Of a stretch of DNA of 64,000 bases, positions 37,602 through 45,557 are shown piece by piece. Below the pieces are notes generated by a model, which saw only the letters and a list, made by a program, of their open reading frames with translations, was not told where the DNA came from and searched no databases. The translations under genes and the position numbers were made by a program. The stretch lies in sequence record PQ309151.1. One strand, given 5' to 3'. Each line of letters begins with the position of its first letter. The stretch's first letter is position 1.

Positions 37602-38146
37602 TGGAACTGCTGCAACCTTGGAAAACCACCATCGGTAAACTCTCAGTACTCGACTTCGTTGACATCGACGCAATGCTCAATGAAGTCATGCAACACCCTG
37701 CAGTCATGGAGAAGCCCGTTAACGGATCTCTACGAGTGAAGTATGAAGAGTTTCCGATCTGTTCAGATGTACTCGAACACAAGCTCAAGCCTCAGGTAGA
37801 GCGGTACATCAGCACAGTCACTACCCACACTCCAAAGCGTCTATCGTGGAGTAGCTGGTTTCACATCTGTATGCACGGTAATGGACTCATCCCCCATTAC
37901 CATGACGAAGCACTCAACTCCGTTCTGTACCTTACGACCTCCAAAGCTAACCTGGTACTCAGAGACCCGTTAGCCTCCCAAGCCCGTCAATGGCCTCAGG
38001 AGATGCGTAAGGTAATACACGCCGATCAACAGTTCCATCCAGTTAAAGGTGACTTCGTAATCTTCCCAGGTTACGTAGATCACTACGTCATGTCCGATGA
38101 GCCAGACTTCAGGATCTCCATGGCAACAGACTGGATCTTCAGGTAG
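37601..38146 (+). CDS. 2OG-Fe(II) oxygenase (PF13759/TIGR02466-like), paralog A1
   Basis: Motifs PHYH, SVLYL, LVLRDP, GDFVIFPGYVDH and FRIS. Confidence 0.82.
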   Translation: MELLQPWKTTIGKLSVLDFVDIDAMLNEVMQHPAVMEKPVNGSLRVKYEEFPICSDVLEHKLKPQVERYISTVTTHTPKRLSWSSWFHICMHGNGLIPHYHDEALNSVLYLTTSKANLVLRDPLASQARQWPQEMRKVIHADQQFHPVKGDFVIFPGYVDHYVMSDEPDFRISMATDWIFR

Positions 38147-38152
38147 ACCGTT

Positions 38153-39094
38153 ATGCTCGCTAATGAAACAGGCGTACTCAATGTAAGCCTGAACCCAACG
38201 TACTACTGCAACTTCAGATGTGACTTCTGTTACCTGACGAAGAAGCAACTCAACACACAGAACTATCTGCCCATAGAGGGTATCAGAAAGAAGTTCACAG
38301 AGATCGTGAGCTCAGGTCACGAGATCGGTCATGTGGATCTGTACGGTGGGGAGATCATGTTGCTCCCGACAGATTACATACTCGCCATTGGGGATCTGAT
38401 GGATGAGTTTCAGGTAGAGGATTGTGAGATCATCACGAACCTTTCTGCCTTCAAACAGCAGGTCGTAGAAGACCCTCGTTTTGGCCTCTCAGTGAGCTTC
38501 GATTGGGAGTCGAGAGCGCAGTCTGAGCATGTGTGGCAAAACATGCTAAAAGTCCGCAAACCCTTTACTGTATTGACTTTGGGTGTCAGGGGTGTGCTTG
38601 ACACAGATCCAGCTACCCTAGTCGAATCCATAAACCTGCTTGAGAACTGTAAAGCGTGGGAGATCAAGCCCTACAGCAAGAACCAGGCTAACCAGCTGGA
38701 TGTCACGGATAAAGAGTTTGAAGAGTTCGTCAAGAAGATCATCGAGTACCCGAACAAGAACTTCGAGTTCCTCAATGAGACGAAGCTGAGGACTATCAAG
38801 TTCCGTGACTACAATGCATTCTCTGACAACCACGTCTACATCACGCCTAAGGGAAACTTTGGTGTGCTGGAGTTCGATGAGAATGATCGCGAGTACTTCC
38901 TGGAGCTTAAGACCATGGACGATTACGTTCAATGGACTCAGGGAGAGAAGGCTCGTGTCATGAGTAACGAGACGTGTGGTAGCTGTCAGTACATGGGCAA
39001 GTGTGCGTCTGAACATCTGCGTGATGTGAAGTCCATGGAAGATGGCTGCAACGGATTCTACAATCTGATTCAGTGGTATGAGGCAAGGCCATGA
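38153..39094 (+). CDS. Radical SAM protein with C-terminal Cys cluster (#5)
   Basis: CNFRCDFC, YGGEIM and CGSCQYMGKCASEH..C. Confidence 0.88.
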   Translation: MLANETGVLNVSLNPTYYCNFRCDFCYLTKKQLNTQNYLPIEGIRKKFTEIVSSGHEIGHVDLYGGEIMLLPTDYILAIGDLMDEFQVEDCEIITNLSAFKQQVVEDPRFGLSVSFDWESRAQSEHVWQNMLKVRKPFTVLTLGVRGVLDTDPATLVESINLLENCKAWEIKPYSKNQANQLDVTDKEFEEFVKKIIEYPNKNFEFLNETKLRTIKFRDYNAFSDNHVYITPKGNFGVLEFDENDREYFLELKTMDDYVQWTQGEKARVMSNETCGSCQYMGKCASEHLRDVKSMEDGCNGFYNLIQWYEARP

Positions 39095-39648
39095 ACATTG
39101 AAGAAATGTGGACGACTCCGATCGGTACTGACAACTACCTGAACTTTGTTCGTGCTGGAAAGTTTCTGGATGAAGTCATGAGTCATCCGGAGATCATGGC
39201 GCAAACGAAGGTTGGTAGTCTTCGTATCTCGGATCGTCAGGAAGAGTTTCCTCATCTGACGCAGTTCATCCACAACCGACTACTCAGTCGAATGATCGAG
39301 TACGTGTACCAGTCGTTCGGCCATAAGGCGAAGAACATTACCTGGTCGGCTTGGGTACATACCTGCTTTCATGGGCAGGGGTTGGTTCCGCATTACCACA
39401 TGGGTGATGAGCATGTGGCGTCGATCCTCTATCTGACTGAGTCCAAGGCAGGACTCGTTGTGAGAGATCCGCGCGCTAACATGGTACGCAACTTTCCGCA
39501 GGAGATCCTGAAGGTGAGCTTTCAGGATTATCAGCACAATCCGCGTGAAGGTGACTTCATTATCTTCCCTACTTATCTCGATCACTACGTGATGGCAGCA
39601 GAGCCTGACTTCCGTGTGTCGATCGCAATCGACTGGTGCTTTCAATGA
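39091..39648 (+). CDS. 2OG-Fe(II) oxygenase (PF13759/TIGR02466-like), paralog A2
   Basis: Motifs PHYH, SILYL, LVVRDP, GDFIIFPTYLDH and FRVS. Colinear with 37601-38146. Confidence 0.82.
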   Translation: MNIEEMWTTPIGTDNYLNFVRAGKFLDEVMSHPEIMAQTKVGSLRISDRQEEFPHLTQFIHNRLLSRMIEYVYQSFGHKAKNITWSAWVHTCFHGQGLVPHYHMGDEHVASILYLTESKAGLVVRDPRANMVRNFPQEILKVSFQDYQHNPREGDFIIFPTYLDHYVMAAEPDFRVSIAIDWCFQ

Positions 39649-40319
39649 TCAACCCTCTCACGCAAGATGACTTCGATCGTTTCAAAGAGACGATAAAGAA
39701 CTCGTCATATGCTCGCATACCCGAGACGAAGCCGTTCAATGCGGATGACTTCCTGGGTGACTATCTGACGAAGGGCTTCTACTCGTTCAGTGCTGCCGGG
39801 TTACTGGCGCCGATCGAGATCCAGCGCTTCAAGGTGGTGACTGTCAAACACGAAGACAACTGCTTTCATGCAGAAGGTCACGAGTTCCATGACAACTACA
39901 TGCAGCTGTCGATCGAACAACTCGCTCGCGATTTGCGGCGTCTGTTGTATCTGGTGCCTGCTGAACTCCAGTTCGACTTCTACACGGATTCGGTCAATGA
40001 CCACGTGCAGATGTGGCATAGCGATGCGCAGTATGCGATGCCTGGTCAGAACGCCACGATCAACTGCTTCTTTAACAACACGTCGGAGACGATCGGTGGT
40101 CGTTTCGACATGGCACCTTACTCGGCTGATATCATTGGCACGAAGAAGCTGCCCGGCTATTTCACGTCGATCTATCCGCAGTGCTACGACGTCATTATCT
40201 TCAACCAGAACCGGAACTTCCTGCATAAGGCCATTCCGTCGGTGATGCAGCGGCGCATGTTGTCGTTTGCAGCGACGTTCGAAGACATCAACCCTCTTCT
40301 TCCTAACTGGCAGTCATGA
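39645..40319 (+). CDS. 2OG-Fe(II) oxygenase (prolyl-hydroxylase-like), paralog B1
   Basis: WHSD, IGGRF, FLHKA and RRML. ATGA coupling at 39645. Confidence 0.78.
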   Translation: MINPLTQDDFDRFKETIKNSSYARIPETKPFNADDFLGDYLTKGFYSFSAAGLLAPIEIQRFKVVTVKHEDNCFHAEGHEFHDNYMQLSIEQLARDLRRLLYLVPAELQFDFYTDSVNDHVQMWHSDAQYAMPGQNATINCFFNNTSETIGGRFDMAPYSADIIGTKKLPGYFTSIYPQCYDVIIFNQNRNFLHKAIPSVMQRRMLSFAATFEDINPLLPNWQS

Positions 40320-40897
40320 TCGACACTGGTGAATTCATTAGCGAGTATCTCACCAAAGGCTTTTATCGTTTCGATGCATCGGAGGTCCTCTCCAGATTCG
40401 ATTTAAAAGCTTTTGGGACGATCAAGAAAACGGACGCAACATTCGACACGGAAGATCCGGCAGAGCGTTACAAGGCTTATACGCCAGCGCAAACGGTACT
40501 CCTGCGTCAGTTGTTGAAGGATCTGTCTGAAGTCTACTTCAGCGACCTCAATCACGAGCTCCGATTCAACGATATGTGGGCGTCAGCTAATCCCTACACC
40601 TACAGCTGGCACAACGATACGCTTCGTTGCTGGCCTGGCTTCAATAGCAATGTGAACTGCTACTTCGATTCGATGGATGAGTCAGTTGGCGGCGCATTGC
40701 AGATGCATCCGATGGTGGAAGACTACGATTCGATCGCAGACGACAGTCCTCTCATCGCTGAGGTCTTTCCTCAGAAGTTCGACATCATCGTCATCAACCA
40801 GAACAGCACGTTCCTGCACCGTGTCCGTCATACGGAACACAAGCGTACGATGCTCTCGTTCGCAGCAGGCTTCTTCGATTTCAATCCGGTCTTCTGA
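40316..40897 (+). CDS. 2OG-Fe(II) oxygenase (prolyl-hydroxylase-like), paralog B2
   Basis: WHND, VGGAL, FLHRV and KRTML. Colinear with 39645-40319. Confidence 0.78.
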   Translation: MIDTGEFISEYLTKGFYRFDASEVLSRFDLKAFGTIKKTDATFDTEDPAERYKAYTPAQTVLLRQLLKDLSEVYFSDLNHELRFNDMWASANPYTYSWHNDTLRCWPGFNSNVNCYFDSMDESVGGALQMHPMVEDYDSIADDSPLIAEVFPQKFDIIVINQNSTFLHRVRHTEHKRTMLSFAAGFFDFNPVF

Positions 40898-40899
40898 TC

Positions 40900-41319
40900 A
40901 TGCAAGAATGGAAGATGTGGCAGGAGTTGTACAACAACCTGGTGACCGACCACTCGGATGCTGGCCACAAACACAAACGGGAGATGCAAAGACCGACTGT
41001 GGAGAATGCGCTCTTTTACATTCGGGAACAGGCTGACTACGGCATCTACCCGGCAAAGTCCTACATGGTGGCGATCATCTACGCTACCAAACTCCAGGAA
41101 GTCTATGGAGAGGATTTCTACGAAGTTCTGGATGATCCTGATCTGCTGTACGGTCAGGATGAGTTCTTCGTTCCTTATTCGCATGACAAAAAGTTCTACG
41201 ATGAAATCATCGAAGCACTGAAGTCGATTCCGAACTGGATTGAAGGAGGTTGGGCACCGAAGACGGTTGAGTACTTCCACCTGGAGTGTACTGAAGCGGG
41301 CGTAGCATCAATCAGCTGA
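40900..41319 (+). CDS. Hypothetical protein closing the rSAM cluster
   Basis: 139-aa acidic ORF starting 2 nt after the previous stop. Confidence 0.7.
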   Translation: MQEWKMWQELYNNLVTDHSDAGHKHKREMQRPTVENALFYIREQADYGIYPAKSYMVAIIYATKLQEVYGEDFYEVLDDPDLLYGQDEFFVPYSHDKKFYDEIIEALKSIPNWIEGGWAPKTVEYFHLECTEAGVASIS

Positions 41320-41351
41320 TCCTATAGTGTCCGACTAACTAGGGGATTATT

Positions 41352-41699
41352 GTGGGTTTCGACCTGACAAAGCTGAATACTGCTTTTCAGACACTGACCA
41401 CGTGGGTAACTGCTGGTCTGGCAAAGAAAGCAGATGCAACCGCGACTTCCAACGCGCTGGCCACTAAAGCCAATGCTTCGGATCTTGCAACCACCAACAC
41501 CAATCTGACCAACTTGACCACTACGGTGGGAACGAAGGCAGATGCGACGGCCACGTCGAATGCTCTGGCTACCAAAGCAGACGCAACGGCTACAACCAAC
41601 GCACTAAACGGCAAACAGAGTACCGTCCTCACGGGTACGGCTGCTCCTGGTGCTGGCGTAGGCAATAATGGCGACGTGTTTCTCGTCACTGATAGCTGA
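41352..41699 (+). CDS. Short tail-fibre stalk-like protein with tandem KADATATxNAL repeats
   Basis: GTG start and AGGGG RBS. Three KADATAT[ST]NAL repeats. C-terminal GTAAPGAGVGNNGDVFL. Confidence 0.65.
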   Translation: MGFDLTKLNTAFQTLTTWVTAGLAKKADATATSNALATKANASDLATTNTNLTNLTTTVGTKADATATSNALATKADATATTNALNGKQSTVLTGTAAPGAGVGNNGDVFLVTDS

Positions 41700-41707
41700 T
41701 GCACAGA

Positions 41708-41741
41708 CATACACTCCTGGGCTTGCGCCCAGGAGTGTATG
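41708..41741. terminator. Bidirectional hairpin between convergent genes
   Basis: 15-bp stem CATACACTCCTGGGC / GCCCAGGAGTGTATG with a TTGC loop. Confidence 0.8.
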
Positions 41742-41752
41742 CTCTATGTCTG

Positions 41753-42442
41753 TCAACCACCACCGCTATACCAGTTATTCTCGAAAATGAAGCAAGGTAC
41801 TGCAATTGCTGCATTCGGGTCACCTGTACCTGTCCCAGCTGCTCCGGACGGATAGGTAACACCGTTATTGGCTTCAACGAAAGGCGCTGAACCCACTTTA
41901 CCAAGCAGCAGATATGCGCTTCGATACGCAAAGTTGGCGTTCCCGTAAATACCGGAAGTTCCACCAACACGATAGACCGCAGAAGGCAGGCTGTTACGAA
42001 GACGACCGCCATACGGTTCATCGAAGCTTACCAGGGCGAACAACTGTCCTGTAGGCATTGCATTCAGATCGTTCGTTAATGCATCGATCTGACCACTGAC
42101 TGGTGGCTGAGTGTTGTCTTTCAGGTACGCATCTTCACCGAAGACGTCATACTGTCTGGAGAATGTCATGTTGCCGTACTTGTCGAACTGGATCAGGTTA
42201 TAACTGCGACCTGCCGATTCTAATTGTACGCCATTTCTCCAAACGCCTTTATTGGCCGAAGGATAGAGTGTTTGGGAAAGACCCAATGCATAGATCGCGA
42301 AGTTCTGACGACCAAATGTCTGTTTCCAGACACCGCCTTGTTTGACGTAGACTGAGTTGACACGTTTCCATGCCCCCGCTACTTTGTAATAGATCTGCGC
42401 GGCGTGATGCCATGCCGCAGATGCTTTTGCGTAGATTGTCAT
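41753..42442 (-). CDS. Tail-associated protein: YxKxxGxWK repeats plus an ILEI/PANDER (GG-type lectin) domain
   Basis: N-terminal YAKASAAWH, YYKVAGAWK and YVKQGGVWK. Then GRSYNLIQF..YDVF..L...LNAMPTGQLFALVSFDE..YRSAYLLLGKVG. Confidence 0.7.
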   Translation of the reverse strand: MTIYAKASAAWHHAAQIYYKVAGAWKRVNSVYVKQGGVWKQTFGRQNFAIYALGLSQTLYPSANKGVWRNGVQLESAGRSYNLIQFDKYGNMTFSRQYDVFGEDAYLKDNTQPPVSGQIDALTNDLNAMPTGQLFALVSFDEPYGGRLRNSLPSAVYRVGGTSGIYGNANFAYRSAYLLLGKVGSAPFVEANNGVTYPSGAAGTGTGDPNAAIAVPCFIFENNWYSGGG

Positions 42443-42443
42443 G

Positions 42444-43172
42444 TTAGTTTGGATAGCTACCGGTCGATGGTGTAAATGCAGACGTATACAAGCACGTGCT
42501 GTACATTCTCAGACGATCAATGTAACCGTTAAAGCCCGCATAAGTCGAACCAGAAAGCCGACTATCATTATAGCCAGCAATATTCAGATTACCGCCATAA
42601 CCCACCGTGCCCAGTGCTGCGGTTGACGAAGCACCCAATGCTCCGTTCACAAACAGGTATGCCGTAGAGCCACTGCGTCCAAGTGCAAAGTGATTCCAGG
42701 CGTTATTCGTGACCGCAATGCTACTTGTGAAGAATGCCGTATCAGTGGTGCCGCTCGGAACCCGTAGTGCCAGCTTCAAGTTATCGAGATGCCAGCGCCA
42801 GAGCCCTCCGGTAGCTTGGAATGACCCATACGACAGGATCGTGTTATAGCCACCTGTAAAGGTCACATTGCCTTGACCCAAACAGTAGCCCCAAGCTTCG
42901 AACCAGAAGTCTCCGGCAAAAGTCAGATCAGCAGTTCTTGCTGTAGCGAGATACACGCTGGCTCCAGCCGCTACCTGCGACTGCAAAAGACTTTGTGTTC
43001 CGTTTTTAAATTGTGCCGTTGATTGCGTAAGACTACCACCACCGCCAACCTGATTAATGGAGCGGGTTGGGACTACCAGATCTTTATATCCAGTAGTATC
43101 GAAATCCATTGCCAATGCCAGACCAGGAACACCGACAACTTTTTTATTCATTAACAATGCAGAGTCAAGCAT
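42444..43172 (-). CDS. LamG/concanavalin A-like lectin-domain protein
   Basis: FAGDFWFEAW, WNHFALGRSGSTAYLFVNG and GYIDRLRM..CLYTSAFTP. N-terminal MLDSALLMNKK. Confidence 0.8.
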   Translation of the reverse strand: MLDSALLMNKKVVGVPGLALAMDFDTTGYKDLVVPTRSINQVGGGGSLTQSTAQFKNGTQSLLQSQVAAGASVYLATARTADLTFAGDFWFEAWGYCLGQGNVTFTGGYNTILSYGSFQATGGLWRWHLDNLKLALRVPSGTTDTAFFTSSIAVTNNAWNHFALGRSGSTAYLFVNGALGASSTAALGTVGYGGNLNIAGYNDSRLSGSTYAGFNGYIDRLRMYSTCLYTSAFTPSTGSYPN

Positions 43173-43239
43173 GATGTTCTCGGGTAAAAGATCATAAAAT
43201 CTTGTGACATCAGATACAATTCTTCCCTAAGGTTTCGGT

Positions 43240-43965
43240 ATGCTAGCACCAATGCTTCTCAAGAAGAAAGCCCTTGGTATCAATACGGTTCTTCTTCTCA
43301 AATTCACTGGCGGTAAAGTAACCGATATAAGCGGGCGACATCAACCCGTCGTCGTCGGTTCTCCGTCTTACAGTACAAACACAACGAAATTCGGTACTTC
43401 TTTCCTTCCTACGGCAGCAGGGCAGCGGATTTCCATTACCGACAACCTCTCAGATTTTCTGTTTACGCCAAATCAGGCGTTTACTTTCGAGTTGTGGGCA
43501 CGTTTCAATAGCTGGCCGCCTTTTGGAGGCGGAAGCGTCAACCCGATCTTCTCCATGTTTAACTCAACCAGTCCGGGTTCGACCGGTGGTTGGCGATATG
43601 GAATACAGTACAGTAGCTCGGGTAACGCAACGATTTATAACCAGTCGCTTGCAGCGCAATCCATTTACGCTAGTTCGGCCGATGCTACTGCTTACTGGCA
43701 GCATCTGGCTTTGTGTCGCGATACGAACAATAACTTCGCATACTACATCAATGGTTGTGTGCGTGGTACCACTCCACCATACAGCAATAACGCTACCTGG
43801 ATTGCAGATATCCTGGAGATTGGTGGTAGCGTGGCTCTGCCTGGTGTTTGTAACGCATTCATTGAAGAGGTTCGCGTGAGTCGTGTAAGACGCTATACCG
43901 GATCGAATACCAGTGCAGAATGGACGAACTTCTCAGCACCTGGTCCATTTAACACGGTGGATTAG
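43240..43965 (+). CDS. LamG/concanavalin A-like lectin-domain protein
   Basis: FTFELWARF, WQHLALCRD..YYING and IEEVRVSRVRRY. N-terminal MLAPMLLKKK. Confidence 0.8.
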   Translation: MLAPMLLKKKALGINTVLLLKFTGGKVTDISGRHQPVVVGSPSYSTNTTKFGTSFLPTAAGQRISITDNLSDFLFTPNQAFTFELWARFNSWPPFGGGSVNPIFSMFNSTSPGSTGGWRYGIQYSSSGNATIYNQSLAAQSIYASSADATAYWQHLALCRDTNNNFAYYINGCVRGTTPPYSNNATWIADILEIGGSVALPGVCNAFIEEVRVSRVRRYTGSNTSAEWTNFSAPGPFNTVD

Positions 43966-43967
43966 CT

Positions 43968-44438
43968 ATGCTGGAATCACTTTTACTCAAGAAGAAAGTC
44001 TCTGGTAGCGCTGGACCTTACCGTTATGTCAGGCTGAACAATCTTCTGCCACCATCTGGCACCAGCTACGTCATGATTGTTGAAATTCAGATCATCGACA
44101 CGGCATCAGCAACAAACTGGTGTCGACAATCTGGGGCAGTAGCGTCTGCCAGTAGCTCTTATACCGGACAGACACCCAATCAGGCTATCGACGGCGTCAT
44201 TAGCACTGCTCCAGGCAACCGATGGACAGCCAATGGTAGTCCTGCATGGTTCATGGTGGACATGGGACAGCCTAGGACTTTTGATTCGATTCAGATAGCG
44301 GCAATGACTGGCTATAATCAGGATCCCGTGAAGTTCACTATCCAGGGCAGTACGGACGGTACGAATTTCACTGATCTTAAGACGGTTAACCGTGGCCTTT
44401 ATCCAGATAACGTTCTTACAGAGGTATACAAGACATGA
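43968..44438 (+). CDS. F5/8 type C (discoidin, CBM32-like) domain protein
   Basis: ASASSSY..NQAIDG..W..WFMVDMG and FTIQGSTDGTNFTD. N-terminal MLESLLLKKK. Confidence 0.8.
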   Translation: MLESLLLKKKVSGSAGPYRYVRLNNLLPPSGTSYVMIVEIQIIDTASATNWCRQSGAVASASSSYTGQTPNQAIDGVISTAPGNRWTANGSPAWFMVDMGQPRTFDSIQIAAMTGYNQDPVKFTIQGSTDGTNFTDLKTVNRGLYPDNVLTEVYKT

Positions 44439-45229
44439 GTTTCGATCCCGTTTACACTGCAGGTATCCAGAAAGCCATCAATGAGAAGGCTGGACAGAAT
44501 CTCAAGCCCGATGGCGCGTTCGGTCCGATGTCGGTTGCAGCACTGCGTACTTGCCAGGCAAAGCTTGGCTGTCCGGTCACTGGTGTCTATGACTCGGCTA
44601 CTCAAGCCATTCTCGATCCGTTCATCAAACAGAAGTATCTGACGATGGCGTCTTTCGATACAGCCGCTCAGACACTCGGTGTTACCCCCGCTCACATCCG
44701 TACCGTGTGTGCTGTGGAATCGAATGGTGCAGGTTTCCTGCCTGATGGTCGTGTGAAGATTCTCTTCGAGCGTCACTGGTTCCGTTCGGCCCTGATTGCG
44801 AACAAGATTCCGAACTACCAGCAACTCGCAGCAGCGAACAGCGACATCATCGGTGATCAAGGTGGTTACGTGGGTGGTACGGGGGAATATCCTCGTCTGG
44901 CACGTGCTATCAAGATCGATCCGAAGTCGGCTTATTATGCGACGTCTTATGGTCTTTTCCAGATCATGGGTTTCAACGCATCGTACGCAGGCTACAGTTC
45001 GGCTGAAGCCCTGTATAACGCCTGTCAGCAATCGGAAACGAATCAGCTGCTCGCGTTCGTGTCCTTCATCAAGACTTACCAGAGTGGCATTCTCTGGAAG
45101 GCTCTGAAGGCACAGGACTGGGTGACGTTTGCTCTGCACTACAACGGTGCTGCCTACAAGCAGAACCAGTACGACACGAAGCTGGCTTCCAACTTCTCGA
45201 CGTACAGCAAGAACATCAACGCGGCATAA
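44435..45229 (+). CDS. Modular endolysin: peptidoglycan-binding domain plus N-acetylmuramidase (DUF3380)
   Basis: PG-binding motifs DGAFGPMS..Q and TGVYD. Muramidase motifs AVESNGAGF..KILFERH, SYGLFQIMGFN and FALHYNG..Y.QNQYD.KL. Confidence 0.9.
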   Translation: MSFDPVYTAGIQKAINEKAGQNLKPDGAFGPMSVAALRTCQAKLGCPVTGVYDSATQAILDPFIKQKYLTMASFDTAAQTLGVTPAHIRTVCAVESNGAGFLPDGRVKILFERHWFRSALIANKIPNYQQLAAANSDIIGDQGGYVGGTGEYPRLARAIKIDPKSAYYATSYGLFQIMGFNASYAGYSSAEALYNACQQSETNQLLAFVSFIKTYQSGILWKALKAQDWVTFALHYNGAAYKQNQYDTKLASNFSTYSKNINAA

Positions 45230-45237
45230 AGCGACTA

Positions 45238-45267
45238 TCTACTCCTACCCTTGCGGGTAGGAGTAGA
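45238..45267. terminator. Bidirectional hairpin between convergent genes
   Basis: 13-bp stem TCTACTCCTACCC / GGGTAGGAGTAGA with a TTGC loop. Confidence 0.78.
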
Positions 45268-45278
45268 GGGTCTTTCGT

Positions 45279-45557
45279 TTAATACGGCATTGTGCTAGAC
45301 AGACGAACCATCACGCCACTGGTTTCGTCAAAGCGAAGATCACCTTTGCGCATTATGCCAGCATTAGGCTGGCAGAACTCGATAATCTTACCGTCGGCTG
45401 TTTTCACGTCGTAATACGACTTGATATAGCCATTGCCATCCCAGGGACGCCAATCGAAGTAGTCGTAGCGGTGTTTAAACCGCCCTCCTGTTTCGAACGA
45501 TTTGATTCTTTCGTCGTCAAAGGTTTTCTTCGCTTTATCTGCCTTCAGAAACGACAT
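45279..45557 (-). CDS. Hypothetical protein
   Basis: 92-aa ORF whose start overlaps the upstream stop codon. Confidence 0.6.
   Translation of the reverse strand: MSFLKADKAKKTFDDERIKSFETGGRFKHRYDYFDWRPWDGNGYIKSYYDVKTADGKIIEFCQPNAGIMRKGDLRFDETSGVMVRLSSTMPY

Noticed and set aside
27988-41319. Island as a DNA base-hypermodification or queuosine/7-deazaguanine pathway
   Set aside because: No recognisable DpdA/TGT, QueC/D/E, FolE, glycosyltransferase, kinase or thymidylate-synthase-like gene is present, while SPASM-type Cys clusters and a repeat-core substrate point to peptides. Not fully excluded without nucleoside analysis.
27947-41342. Weak inverted similarity at the two island borders (CTAG..GTCGG..TATAG)
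   Set aside because: Short, gapped and partly explained by shared RBS (TAGGGGATT). No transposase or integrase nearby, so not called terminal inverted repeats.
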